Positions 37,885 through 50,703 are shown, counted from the first letter of the stretch. The stretch is DNA of 64,000 bases from Isurus oxyrinchus (GCA_026770705.1 JANJGN010000010.1:17546001-17610000), one strand, 5' to 3'. The notes: generated from the letters alone by a model not told the origin. Numbers and translations are program-made.

Positions 37885-39260
37885 AGAATCATTGAATAGT
37901 TACAGCACAGACAGAGGCCATTCGCACCATTGTGTCTGTGTCAGCTCTACTCAGCTTCCTGGAGCACTGCAATTATTTTCTCTTCGGGTTTTCTTATCCA
38001 ATTCCCTTTTGAAAGTCATGATTGAGTCTGCCTCCACCACACTCTCAGTCAGCACATTCCAGATCCTAACCATTCACTGTAGGAAAAGGGGAGGTGGTGG
38101 CATAGTGGTGTTGTCACTGGGGTAGTTCTCTAGGGTAAAAGCAAAAAAAAAGTTCTCTAGGGACTTGGGTTCAAGTCCCACCAGGGCCAATTCAGTTTCA
38201 ATTTAAAAAAAAATTGGAATTTAAAAGTCTGATGATGATTGTGAAACCATTGCTGATTGTCATGAAAATCCATCTGGTTTACTAATATCCCTGCTGGCCT
38301 ACACATGACTCCAGACCCAAAGCAATGTGGTTGACTCTAAAATGCCCTCTGAACAAGGGAAATAAATGCTGGCATAGCCTGCAATCCCATTGTTTCATTT
38401 GCCATTCACCTTAAATCAGACTCTTCTAGTTTGTGACCATTCTTCCAATGGGAGCAGTTTCAACTCTATCTATGCACTCCCATGATTTTGAATAATTCTA
38501 TCAAATCTTCTCTCAACCTTCCCTAAGGAGAACCACACCAGCTTCTCCAATCTCTCTACGTAAGTGAAGTTCCTCATCACAGGATTCATTCTTGGCATAA
38601 TTTCTGCACCCTCTCCAATGCCTTCACATCCTTCTTCAAATGTGGTGCTCAGAATTAGACACAATAATCTGGAAGAGGCTGAGCCAGAGTTTTCTGAAGG
38701 TTCACCATTATTTCTTGCTTTTATACTCTGTGTCACTCTTCATAAAACCCAGGGTCCCGTATGTCTTATCAGCCACTTTCTCAACCTGCCCTGCAAAACT
38801 GAATGGTTTATATGCACGTTCATCCCCAGGTCTCTCTGCTCCTGCCTCCCTTTTCAAATTGCATCCTTTATTTTATATTGCCTCTCCTTGTGCTTCCAAC
38901 CAAAATCTATCACTTCGTACTTCTGTGCATTAAATTTCATCTGCCCTATGTCCACCCATTCCACCAGCCTGTATTCAGTTGAAGTCTATGACTATCCTTC
39001 AAGCAATATTTCCAACCTTTATGTTGTCAGAAAATTTCGAAATTGTGTCCTACACACATAAGTCTTGGTCATTAATAATTACCAACAAAAGCAGTGGTCT
39101 GGTCTCGTACTGACTCCAGGGAAATCCCATTTTATACCTCCCTCCAGTCCGAAAAACTATAATTGATCACTTTTTGTTTCCTGTAATTAAGCCAAGTTTG
39201 TATTCAAGTTGCCACTGTCCTTTTTATTCCAGAGGCTTTAACTTTTCTGACCCACCATGG
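37885..39260 (-). mobile_element. CR1 LINE 3' region interrupted by a SINE
   Basis: cacagaatcattgaatagttacagcacag tail at 37885; RNFTYVERLEKLVWFSL; cagaaaatttcgaaatt corresponds to the KFADD region. Confidence 0.75.
38088..38385 (+). mobile_element. tRNA-derived SINE, short-junction variant
   Basis: A box tggcatagtgg, B box ggttcaagtcc, junction gccctctgaa|caaggg at 38353/38354. Confidence 0.75.
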
Positions 39261-39324
39261 AGCAATGGATATCTTCCATTTTGTGCACTATCGGCCAGCC
39301 ACTTGTATCCTTTCCTTATTTACA

Positions 39325-40935
39325 TTTTTGTTCATCGGATGTGGGTGTTGCTGGCTGGGCCAGCATTTATTGCCCATCCCTAACTGTTGTTGAGAAGGTG
39401 GTGATGAGCTGCCAACTTGAACTGCTGCAGTTCATGTGGTGTAGGTACACCCACAGTGCTGTTAGGGAGGGAGTTCCAGGAGTTTGACTCAGCGACAGTG
39501 AAGGAATGGCGATAATGTTCCTCAAGTCAGGATAGTGAGTGGCCTGGAGGGGAACATGCAGTGCTGGTGTTCCCATGTCTCTGCTGCCCTTGTCCTTCTA
39601 GATGGTAGTGATCGTGGGTTTGGAAGGTGCTGTCTAAGGAGCCTTGGTGAGTTCTTGCAGTGCATCTTGTAGATGGTATACACTGCTCCCACTGTGCTTC
39701 AGTGGTGGAGGGAGTGAATGATTGTGGATGGGGTGCTAATCAACTGGACTGCTTTGTCCTGAATGGTGTCAAGCTTCTTGAGTGTTGTTGGAGCTGCACT
39801 CATCCAGGCAAGTGGAGAGTATTCCATCACACTCCTGACTTGTGCCTTGTAGATGGCAGACAAGCTTTGGGGAGTCAGGAGGTGAGTTACTCACTGCAGG
39901 AAACATAAGACCATAAGACACAGGAGCAGAAGTAGGCCATTCGGCCCATCAAGTATGCTGTGCCATTCAATGAGATCATGGCTGATCTGATAATCCTCAA
40001 CTCCACCTTCCTACTTTTTCCCCATAACCCTTGATTCCCCCACTGATTAAAAATCTATCAATCTCAGCCTTGAATAGACTTAATGACTCAGCCTCCACAG
40101 CCCTCTGCATTAAAGAATTCCATAGATTGACTACTCTTTGAGAGAAGAAATTCCTCCTCATCTTTGTCTTAAGTGGGCACCTCCTTACTCTGAGATTATG
40201 CCCTCTACTTCTAGTCTCTTCCACAAGGGGAAACAACTTCTCAGCATTTACCCTTTCAAGCCCCCTAAGAATCTTATATGTTTCAATAAGGTCGCCTCTC
40301 ATTCTTCTAAACTCCAATGAGTACAGGCCCAACCTACTCAACCTCTCCTCATAAGAAAATCCTTCCATACCCAGAATCAGTGAACCTTCTCTGGACTGCC
40401 TCCAATGCTAGTATATCTTTCTTTAGATAAGGGAACCAAAACTGTTCACAGTATTCATGGTGAGGTCTAACCAGTGCCTTGTATAGTTTTAGCAAGACTT
40501 CCCTATTTTTATACTCCATTCCCTTTGAAATAAAGGCCAACATTCCATTTGCCTTACCCATTACTTGTTGAACTTGTATGCTAGCTTTTTGTGATTCATG
40601 CACGAGGACTCCCAAATCCCTCCGTGATGCAGCTCTCTTCAGTCTTTCTCCATTTAAATAGTATTCAGCTCCTCTATTCTTCCTGCCAAAGTGCATAACC
40701 TCACACTTTCCCACATTATATTCCATCTACCACGTTTTTCCTAACCTCTGACCTGTTCTTGTATCCATAGTATGTATATGGCTGGTCCAGTTCACTTTCT
40801 GGCCGATGGTAACCCCAGGATGTTGATAGTGGGGGAATTCAGCAATGGTAATGCCATTGAACTTCAAGGGGCGATGGTTAGGGTCGCTCTTGTTGGAGAT
40901 GGTCATTGCCTGGCACGTGTGTGGCACGAATGTTA
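39325..40935 (-). mobile_element. 3' portion of the tRNA-headed CR1-group LINE family, split by a CR1 insertion at 39901-40727
   Basis: 39325-39900 and 40728-40935 align colinearly with 53730-54480 (CQAMTISNK...FNGITIAE). Confidence 0.85.
39901..40727 (-). mobile_element. CR1 LINE 3' fragment (relatively young)
   Basis: MEYNVGKCEVMHFGRKN, LYKALVRPHHEYC, SYEERLSRLGLYSLEFRRMRGDLIETYKIL; cataagaccataagac tail. Confidence 0.92.
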
Positions 40936-41008
40936 GCTTCCAAGCGATCTAATGACCTGGAATTTTCTCAGGGGTGCTGCTCCTGTTTGGCTGATGTAAC
41001 AACACCAG

Positions 41009-41637
41009 GGCCAGAATTTTACATTCGGTGTGCAGGCACGCACCCGATTTTGCCGAAATGTAAAATGACGTGCGATGATGTCGTCGGGAATGCGTCCCGA
41101 CGTCATCGCGAACTCACGCAATATTTTGTTCAGCGGGCTCGCATTGGAGTCGGCTGCGCGCCCGCCGATAATTGAAAGGCCTATTAAGGCAACTAACCAG
41201 GTAATTAAGTTGAATTTTACGCTGCCCGTCCAGCCTTACAGTTGGTGGGCAGGCAATAAGGCCAAGCAGCCTTTACATTTTTTAGGAAACCTCACCCACG
41301 AGCGGGATGAGGTTTCCTAAAGCTAATACAAATTAAATCAAAACTTCCTTCTGCCATTAAAAGCATGTCCTATCTCATGAGGCAGCTCCGTGCCTCGGGG
41401 AGGCTGAAGCGCTCTTTCGCGCGCACACGCAAACTGCACGCTCGACCCGGATCTCCCTCCTCCTCCCACCCGCCCCCGCCCGCACAGGCAGCGCTCAGCT
41501 CTGCCGCTCGCGGTCCATGCAGGGCAGGCCTTAACTGGCCCGCCCGCGTGAAATCGTGGTGCGGAGCTGATCGCAGGCGGCAGACGGCACCCCGCCTGCC
41601 CTCACCGAGCCCGCCTGACAAATGCAGAATTCTGGCC
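41009..41637. mobile_element. Harbinger-type MITE, CpG-rich (young)
   Basis: TIR GGCCAGAATT / AATTCTGGCC; flanks cag/cac; relatives at 34205, 45105 and 62340-62733. Confidence 0.8.
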
Positions 41638-41764
41638 CACAGCTCCAAACCGGTTTTCTGCCACACACACAGTGATTTACACCAATGGAGCGGGGCAGCT
41701 CCGAACAGCTCCAGGCCAACATCTTATCAGAGCATACAGAGACAAATCGTGTTTGTTGGTGTAC

Positions 41765-43955
41765 TCAACAACAACAACTTATATTTATATAGCACATTAA
41801 ATGTAATAAAACATGCCAAAAGAGCAATATAAAAGAAACATGACAGTGGACCATATAAGGAGATATGAGGTCAGTTGACCAAAAGCTTGGCTAAATAGGT
41901 AAATTTTAAGGACTGTCTTAAGGAAGGAAAGTGAAGTAGTAAAGCAATGAGACATAGGGAAGAAATTCCAGAGCTTCAGGCCTAGGCCAACTGAAGGCAT
42001 GGCAACCTACGATGGAGTGATTAATATCAGGGATGCACAAGAAGCCAGAACTAGAGAAATGAAAATATCTCAGAGGGTAGTAGAGCTGGAGGAGATCACA
42101 GAGATAGGCAGAGTGAGGTCATGGAGGGAATTGAAAATGAGGATGCATATTTTAAAATCAAGTCTTTGCTTGAACAGGAGCCAATGTAGGTTAGGGGACA
42201 CAGGGTTAATAGGGGAGTGGGACTTGGTGTGTTTTAAGGCACAGGCAACAGTTTTGGATGACCTCAAGTTTACAGAGGGTAGAATATGGGGGACCAGCCA
42301 ACAGCGTATTGGAATATTCGAGATCTAGAGGTAACGAAGGCATGAATGAGGGTTTCAGTGGCAGGTGAGCTGAGACAGGGACAAAGTCAGACGATGTCAG
42401 GGAGGCGGAAATAGGTGGTCTTAGTGATGGCATGCACATGAAGTCAGAAGCTTATTTCTGGGTCAAATGTAACACCAAGGACAGAATCATCCCAGGTTTG
42501 CTCTAAGCACGGTAGTGGGCAGGAAAAGGGCATTTTAACTGCTGGCCACAATGGCTGCTTTTCACGTCCTATCGTCCCATTCCTGCCTCATTAATTATGC
42601 AGCCACAGGAAACACGCCGTCTTGCTGGCAAACGGCCTTCAAATTTGCCTCGCCGCTTCCTCATGCAGGGCGCCATATTTAAACTACAGCGGTGCGTACA
42701 CTTCTCAATGCTTGCAGTCTAGGAGGGCACTGGTGAAGACATGGTCCCAAAGGCTAAGAAGAGTGCAGCACCCCACCCCAACCCGATTCAGTGGCGCATC
42801 CCTGGGATGCCTTCTGGACATCATGGAGGCCTGCTGTGATGCGCTCTGGCCGCAGGAGGCCCATCAGTCTCACCACTCTGGCTCGGGAGGCGGTGCAGAG
42901 GTGGTCGGTGTCAATGCTGCACACAAGAGGTCGGCCATCTAGTGCAGAAAACGGATGAATGATCTCATCTGTACCGCCAGGGTAAGGCAACCATCTCATC
43001 ACTCTAAGCTCACACACTCATAAGGCCATCACACATTCACTGGCATTTCACTTACTGACATCACTACTCACTCTCACAGACACCCTCACATCTCCATCTC
43101 GTCTCATCTCCTCTGGGAACTGCCTCTTCAGCCCTCCATCTTGAGGTCACTTGCACAGAACTTGTGCCTCCACACACACCCTGGGATATCCCCCTTCCCC
43201 AGTACAGCCTTCGTCATGCAGTCTCTTCCCTTGCCTGAGGCCACTTCTCCCCTTTCCCCAAGCAAGCCCTAGCTCTGCAGCCATTGAAAGGCCATCCCCG
43301 CCTTATGGCTGGCCTGGTGGGTAGAGACCTGCCCGTGACCACTCCCCCCCCACAAAAAATGATGTGGTGCTGTGAAGCCTGGCACTAATGACCACAAGCC
43401 CTGTCCAAAGGAAGGTCTGCAAACAAACCTCGAAGTCCCAAGTGAAATGCAGTTTGCCCGATGCACGTCGTTTATGTACAGTTGTGAAACACACTGGCAT
43501 CCAATCACGCTGACATGATCCAGCGTGGGGGGACGATTCTGGTGAGCAGGGCTTATAATTAGATGCAAATGTATTAAAATGAAGTTCCTGACATCTGGAA
43601 GCAGGCAACGCTTGCTGCCACTGAAGACGGGGGTGGAGTGGATGATCACAAACTGCTTTCACAATGGTGTAAAAACGATTTTTGGCCTTCTCGCCATATT
43701 GTCTGCTCACACCCGCCATGACACCCGGTGCCAATGGCAGCAGAAAATTCCGGCCCAAGGACGTGAACAGATTGGCTTAATCTCAGACTGTTGCCAGTGA
43801 GAGGGATGGAGCTGGTAGCTAGGGGACGGAGTCCGGAGCAGGGAACGAAAACAATGGCTTCAGTCTTCCCAATACGTAATTGAAGGAAATTTCTGCTCAT
43901 CCAGTACTGAATGTTGGTGGTGAGGCAGAGCTGGGTGTCATCAGGGTACATGTGA
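41765..43955 (-). mobile_element. L2 LINE RT/3' fragment interrupted by Harbinger element 42479-43755
   Basis: MYPDDTQLCL..WMSRNFLQLRIGKTEAIVF (L2-type YADDTQL), LHWLLFKQRLDFKI, (GTT)n tail at 41767. Confidence 0.85.
42479..43755 (+). mobile_element. Non-autonomous Harbinger element carrying only Myb/SANT exon 1
   Basis: Ends GGACAGAAT / ATTCCGGCC with exact TSD caa (42476-42478, 43756-43758). 42741-42981 reads MVPKAKKSAAP..RFSGASLGCLLDIMEA...I*CRKRMNDLICTAR then gtaagg. Confidence 0.85.
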
Positions 43956-44415
43956 AAAAACAGTTAAGAACCAGAGTTAAGCATGTGCAGGATGTTAAGG
44001 TGGCATTGGCGTTCAAATTTCATGTTTACCTTATTTTCAGGATTATTCGCAGGTCCGTGTGCAATTTTCAGCTCGTGTAGGAAGCACACTGAATGGTAGG
44101 ATGGAAAATTGTGTGTAAATGAAATTTAACATGATGGGGACAGTTAAAGGAAAGTGCTGTAATGAGGTGCCAAAATACTGAAAGCCTGCAGCTTTCACAT
44201 AGCACCTGAACCTGTTAGCAAGCTTTGCCAAGGCTAAGAGGGCAAAAGATTGCATTGCAAATGATTGTGTCGTATGATTACCAGGATGATAGAAGGGAAC
44301 TTAGATGGACCTCAGTGTTATCTTGTCAGCAATTCCTCAATTCCTAAGATTATGAAGTCCGGGTAAAAACGAGGTTAAAGGAAACCCAAGATGTATGAGT
44401 CTGCAATCGCATGTT

Positions 44416-44754
44416 GGGGAAAGGCAGTGGCATAGTGGTATTGTCACTAGACTAGTATTCTAGAGACCCAGGGTAATGTGCTGGGGACTAAAGTTCAAAT
44501 CCCACAATAGCAGATGGTGAAATTTGAATTCAATTAAAAAAAAAGCTGGAATTAAAAGTCTGATGATAACAACAAAACCCATCACTGATTTATGCAAAAA
44601 CCCATCTGCTTCACAAATGGCCTTTAGGGAAGAAAATCTGACCCCTGAGACCCACAGCAAAGTGGTTGTAAATACCCTTTAAAATAGGGCAATTAGGGGT
44701 GGGTAATAAACACTGGCCTAGCCAGTGACACCTACATCCCATGAATGAATAAAA
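44416..44754 (+). mobile_element. tRNA-derived SINE
   Basis: A box tggcatagtgg, B box gttcaaatcc, tail gggcaattagggg...catcccatgaatgaataaaa. Confidence 0.85.
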
Positions 44755-45029
44755 TCTTAAAATGATATAGTAACCTGATTGGAGATGGTGGTTTGCTTTC
44801 TCTTGCCATTCTGAAAAGATGAAGGAAGTAAGACACATATAAAGGAAGTCTAGAGAAATGGTGCAGGAGGGAGGGCTTTATATCCCTGGGGAATTGGGTT
44901 TGTTGCAGGGGGAGATGGGATCCGCATAAGCCAGACTTGTTGCCCCCTTACCCAGGACCAGGACCATTATTTTAACAGGGACGTTTCCTAGTGCTGTTGA
45001 GGAGGATTTACAAACGGAAAAGAAAGCCT

Positions 45030-45890
45030 GTTATAACGCAGGAAATGCAGCAGCTAATTTGCGCACAGTTAAGTTTCCACAAACTGCAATGTGATAATGA
45101 CCAGGGGCAGAATTTTACGTCCCGTGGATGGGTGTAAAATCACGCGAAAATCACGATTGGGCAAGTGTCCTGACATCATCCCAAGCTCGCGCCATATTTC
45201 ACTCAACGGTCTGACAGGCGCAAAAGTCGGAATCGAGCCCACCGACAACTAAGAGGGCAATTACGCCCATTAACGGCGCAATTGTCTCTGACTTTTTGCT
45301 TGGCGGACAGGTGAATCGGCCAGGCGATCTTTGCATTTTTCATGAAACCTCATCCAAGACGGGATGAGGTTTTTGTTATTAAATTTTTTAAAAAAATCTG
45401 TGGAAAGCATTTTTATCGTCTGTACGTTCAGGTGCCTGATTGTGATGCTTGGATGTTTTTTTTCCTGTCTTTCGAAACTTTATATCATGGTTTTCGGGTC
45501 CGCAGCTCCCCGAGGCAGCTCTCTGCCTTCAGGAAGCTTTCCATCAGCGCTGGCCCACGCCCGTGCTGACATCATTGCCCGCCATCCTCCTGCCCCCTTC
45601 CCGGCAGCGCTGAGCTTTTCAGCGCGTGTTTCAGCATGTAGTCACAGTTGGGGACCAATCACAGTCAGCGGTCCGTTCCCCGACTGCTCCCGGGCCCACC
45701 GATCGTGCCCGCCCATCCAGCTTAAAATTCAGGCCCAGATAATCTGTTTTTTTCTTGTGATGTTGACTGACGGATAAATATCGGCCAGGACACCAGGGAT
45801 AACTCCCTTACGCAGCTTTGAAATAGTGCTACCTGAGACGGCAGGCGGGGCCTCAGTTTAATGTTTCATCCAAAGGATGGTACAGCACTC
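45030..45890 (-). mobile_element. DeuSINE (SacSINE1/AmnSINE1-like) fragment interrupted by a MITE
   Basis: Reverse complement matches the Deu domain (ggtgtcctggcc.atatttatcc, acagattatctggtcattatcacattgc, tgcgcaaatt.gctgc); empty site gaccagataatc restored on removing 45105-45738. Confidence 0.75.
45105..45735. mobile_element. Harbinger-type MITE
   Basis: TIR GGGCAGAATTTT / AAAATTCAGGCC with exact TSD cag (CWG type). Confidence 0.85.
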
Positions 45891-45899
45891 GGGTACAAG

Positions 45900-46060
45900 G
45901 TCTCCACTTCGCTCCAACTCTGACCTTTCAGTCCTTAGCCTGTTATACTGTTCCAATGAAGCTCAAGAAACAGCACTTCATCTTTCAACTGAGCACTTTA
46001 CAGCTACCTAGACTCAACATTGGGTTCAAACAATTGTAGGTCTTAATCTCTGCCCCCAGT
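45900..46060 (+). mobile_element. Penelope-like element fragment, end of GIY-YIG endonuclease domain
   Basis: aatgaagctcaa..aaacagcacttcatctttcaactgagcactttacag..gactcaacatt gives NEAQ..QHFIFQLSTLQ...LNI, resembling the E..FI..L.T..P.GLN end of PLE endonucleases. Confidence 0.55.
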
Positions 46061-46261
46061 TTGTTTCATGTCTTTTTTCACTAGTTAGGGCTTATATCTT
46101 GTTTCTTTCTTAATACCTTTAGATTGCATTTAGACAGCAACTATCCTCACAACCACACCTCCCCTAGACTCAAAATGGAGCTAGGCCTCAGATACAGAGC
46201 TCATATCAGGTCAGCCGGGATCTTACTGAATCTTGAACAGGCTCATTATGTTATGTTCTTA

Positions 46262-47660
46262 TGATATGTGAGAAGGATTCAAATGAGGTCGAACTGGGTT
46301 GAACTGTGGGAAAAAGTGGCGATCAGGACCCCCCTGGAGGGCAAAGACTATACAGAGGAGGATTAGGCAAAAGTAAAGAAGGTTATGCCTGATACTGAAA
46401 TCTCAAGACTACAGAAAGCCTACAGGTGTATTGGGACTGCAGAGATGAAATTAAAAAGGAAATTCAGAAAGGAGAGTGCATGAAAAAATATTGACAAATA
46501 AAATTAAGGAAATCTCAAGGATGTTTTATAAATAGCAAGAGGATAATTAAGGAAAGAGTAAGTCGATTAGAGATAATAATGTGTGGAGAAGATGTGGGCA
46601 TGATTTTAATTAATACTTTGTGTCTGTCTTCACAAAAGTGGAGGATGGTGCAAGCATTTTAGTTAAGGAAGAGCGTGAAATATTGGAGGTGATATACACA
46701 GCCAGAGAGGAATTATTAAGGAGTTTAGCATCATGAAAATGTATAAATAACCAAGTCTGAATGAAATTGTACCCCAGACTGCAAAGGGGCAAGTTGGATT
46801 CAAAATTGGCTCAAAGAAGCAGTGTGGATTGGAGGTCAGGTATTTTAGGATTGGAAGCTGTTTGCAGCGGAGTTCGGCAGGTCTCAGGTCCCTTGCTTTT
46901 CTTGGTATATATTAATGAGTTAAACTTAAACGTAGCGGTCATGATTAAGAAATTTGCAGATGATTCAAAAATCAGTTGTGTGCTTATAGTGAAGAAGAAA
47001 GCTATAAACTGCAGGGAGATATAAATGGGCAGAGCAGATGGCAGTGGATGGCAAATAGAATTCAATCCAAAGGTGTGTAAGGTGATGCATTTGGGGATGG
47101 CAAACAAGACATGGGAATAACAATAAATGGTCGGATATGGAGAGGTGCAGAGGAACATCAGAATGTATGTCCACAGATCCCTGAAGGTAGCAGGATAGGT
47201 AGATATGGGGGTTAAGAAGGTATGTGGGATACTTTCCTTTATTAGCAGAGGAATAGAATATAAGAACAGATAGATTATGCTAGAACTATACTATTTACTT
47301 GATGTTTATAAAATTGAGTGGACTCGATAGAGTGGATAGATTGTACCTTTTTCCCTTAGCAGAGAGGTCAATAGCCATGGGGCTTGGATTTAAAATAACT
47401 GGCAGAAGGATTAGAGGGAAGTTGGGGAGAAATGTTTCATTCAAAGGGTGATGGGGATCTGAAACTTACTGTCTTAAAAGGTAGTGGAGGCAGAAACCTT
47501 AAAAAATACTTGGGTGTGCACCTGCAGTGCTGTAGACCTACAGGGCTATGGACCAAAAGCTGGAAAATGCAATTAGGCTGAATAGCTCTTTTTCTTCTGG
47601 CATTGACACGATGGGCTTAATGGCCTCCTTCTGTGCTGTAAAATTTCTGTGTTTCTATGT
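46262..47660 (+). mobile_element. CR1 LINE ORF2 fragment with internal deletions
   Basis: SGVRQVSGPLLFLVYINELN...IKKFADDSKI, WQIEFNPKVCKVMHLG, ending tggcctccttctgtgctgta. Confidence 0.85.
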
Positions 47661-47914
47661 TTTGTATCATGTAGTGCCTTCCAAAGCCTCTGGATGTCCC
47701 AAAAGCACTTTTTAGCCAATGAACATATGCCATTATTACAGCATGCCTGGCTAGAGTGGAGGCGTACTTGAGGCTACAAAGCTGAGCTGCACTGTGCCAG
47801 CTGTATGGTGCATGTTAACAACAGATGCTCCTTTTGCTTTTGGCACAGCTCTGCCGCCGGACTTTCTGTGGGGAGCTGTCATCACAGCCTTCAGGCCAAG
47901 AGTCTTTGGCAGAT

Positions 47915-48445
47915 AGGCATGACAATGCCTTTTCAGGTGTTTATCCCATTTTCTTTCGGAAGCTGCATCTGTTTCCACCATCCGTTCAGGCACTGCATAA
48001 TAAAACATTCCAATTCCGGTTCTTTTGCCAATCACATCAAATCTTTGTTCTCTGGTTACTGACCTTTCCACCACTGGAAAATTGCTCATTTTTATTTACT
48101 CTATTAAAGGCTTTGAAGACCTTTACCAAGTCTCCCCTTAACTTTCTTTGCTTTGAGCAGGTCAACTCCAGTTTCTCTAAGTTGCTTGACATAACTGAAG
48201 GGCGGGGTTTTCTGGGCCCCGCCCATTGCAGGGATCGACCCGCCCCCCCCAAAAATCAATGGACTTTTGGCTGGGCCGCTGTATCCTCCACGGCCGATCC
48301 CACCACAGCGGGGCCGGAAAAACCCAGCCGAAGTCTTTCATCCCTGGTACCATTCTAGTAAAGCTCATCTGCAGCCATCCTAAGACTTTGACACCCTTAA
48401 AGCTGGTTTCAATCTGAAACCACTTGGTGCCCACACAGCAATAGC
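47915..48445 (-). mobile_element. CR1 3' fragment with a 130-bp Harbinger-type MITE inserted at 48200-48329
   Basis: LEKLELTCSKQRKLRGDLVKVFK; MITE TIR GGGCGGGGTTTTC / GAAAAACCCAGCC with TSD gaa. Related short MITEs near 48668-48798 and 51468-51578. Confidence 0.75.
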
Positions 48446-49019
48446 TGGGTATAGGTATGACTAACAATTAACACATTCAACGAGAGTGACAAGTTTAAAT
48501 GAGTTTCTTTTATTATTGCCTAACTAACTAACAATTAGCTAACAATTGACACATTTTACAGGAGTGACGAGTTTAAATGTGCTTAACCCAATACTACATG
48601 AGGTTCTTTCATTATTGCCTTCTTTTATTGGAAAACCAAACAGAAGGAAAGAATTTGCCTTTATACGCTGGGTGGGATTTTCCAGCCCCACCTGCCACTG
48701 GGATTTCCCAGTGCTGCCGAAAGTCAACAGACTTTTGGCTAGGCCTCCGCAGCTCCTGTGATGTGTCCTGCCATGGTGGGACCAGGAAATACCGGCCACT
48801 GTCTCTCACAACCTCAGGACTTATGGTACAGTCATGGTTGTCATGTAGGAAAAGGTGCAGACAATTTTCAACCAGCAAGGTTCAGATCATCTGTTTATGC
48901 TATTGCACAGGGATAATTGTTGGGCCAACACTAATGAGAACAATGGGAGGGTTTTGGGGGCGGTTTCTGCCTTGTCCCACTAGAGAATGCCCTGTGGGAA
49001 CTCCTCCAATATTTTAGAT

Positions 49020-50144
49020 AGTCATTGTTCTTCAATCTTTCTGCTATTCTGCAACTCGGCTGATAAATCAATTAATGAATGTTTGAGTAACTCGAGGAGT
49101 GTTACTCAATCTGTGACAACTTGAGCATGTGCCTCTGTTAGATCTTGCAACTATCTAAAATTAGAAATAAATACAACGACACAAAAGGAATGCACAGAAA
49201 GTACAACTTGAACAAAAAATGCTACTTTTGAAAAATCGAACAGCTTTTGTACAAGCTTTAAGTCAATTGTTTAATTCTGAGTGTTTTTGCAGAATACAAC
49301 AAAATCAAACTTCTGCCTTTTTAGACATGCCTTAATTAGCCTTGACCACAACAACACCAGAAAAGAGACTGACTGCCACTTTAGACATGTCCTACCTTTC
49401 AGTTGTGTTAAAAGAGAACGTGCATCCTGAGCTTGGTACTGTAGCTGCAGGCTATTCTATCTTTAAAGTACTGTGGAACTATCTGCCATTATATTTTCGT
49501 AACCGAAATTGAAAATGTAAAATTGCTACACTGCAACCATTCTGGGTTCTTCGTCTGCAAAAACATAAATACAATTAAAGTACACGTTCCATAGTTTCCT
49601 GTCTTTGCACAACTGTTTTCTCCATGATGTTCAGCATTGGACTTGATTAGAAGGTGATTTGTTCAGTTGCTTGACAGGGAAATGCATGAATTTCAAAAGC
49701 GGCAAAGGACATTCAGTACTCAAAGGGTTAATACACAATATTACAGATAATTGCTTTACTTAAAAACAGGACAACAAATTTGGACAGCTATTTAACTGTA
49801 AGGTCAGATAAAACAATCCAATTTTCCACTTACAGCTCGCAAAATGCTGTAAAAACTATCGAAGTGTTGTTTTCTAACAATATGGTAATGGAAGCTCCCA
49901 ACCTTGAGTTGAAAGTGAAAGATTTCGAACTGACAGCCACAAAAGTGCAGGACAGCTCAACGACACACAAACTCTTGGATATCTTGCTCCATTTGGTAGC
50001 TTTTGGTTCTACAATGTGAGGGCCTTTTTGCAGTATGTTTCGTGAATACCTGCACCGTCTGTACAGGAAGTAGACTAGTCCATTGAAAGAGCATCAATTG
50101 TTGTAGAGGCACTCCACATCAACTGAGCAGCAAATGTTCCCATT
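49020..50144 (-). ncRNA. Candidate exons of a spliced, apparently non-coding transcript: 50144-50050, 49554-49396, and from 49154
   Basis: Acceptors ttttcttgtctag, tttatgtttttgcag, tttatttctaattttag; donors CAG|gtattc and AAG|gtagga. The first two exons have stops in all three frames. Confidence 0.4.
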
Positions 50145-50364
50145 CTAGACAAGAAAAGAGAAGTTCACGTTACTCAAAATTTTCTACATTGGAGCTGAGC
50201 AAATAATCTTCATTCACCCAAAAAATACCCTCCATTTCGTTGCAGAGAAACGTATTCAAAACTTCTTATAGAAACGTATGTGCATATTATAATCATCAAT
50301 AATGTACTATGCCAGAAATTATATAATGAAACAAGCTATGTGTACACAATAGGGAATGAGAGCT

Positions 50365-50703
50365 GTCATTGAACTAATCATCCAGAGACCCAGGGTAATG
50401 CTCCGGGGACTTGGGTTCGAATCCTACCATGGCAGATGGTGGAATTTGAATTCAGTGAAAATCTGGAATTAAAATTTAATGATGACCATGAAACTATTGC
50501 TGATTACTGTAAAAACCCATTTGGTTCAGTAATGTCCTTTAGGGAAGGAAATCAGCTGTCCTTACCTGGTCTGGCCTACTGGCGACTCCAAACCCACAGC
50601 AATGTGGTTGACTCTCAAATGCCCTCTGAACAAGGGCAATTAGGGATGAGCAATAAATGCTGGCCTAGCCAGTGATGCCCATATCCCATGAATGAATAAA
50701 AAA
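50365..50703 (+). mobile_element. tRNA-derived SINE, short-junction variant
   Basis: B box ggttcgaatcc, junction gccctctgaa|caagggcaattaggg at 50630/50631, tail catatcccatgaatgaataaaaa. Confidence 0.85.

Noticed and set aside
41009-41637. CpG island / promoter
   Set aside because: CpG richness is confined to a TIR-bounded multicopy MITE and reflects its youth.
48460-48585. Two diverged ~45-bp direct repeats about 78 bp apart (CRISPR-like spacing)
   Set aside because: Only two degenerate units in eukaryotic DNA with no cas genes; a local tandem duplication.
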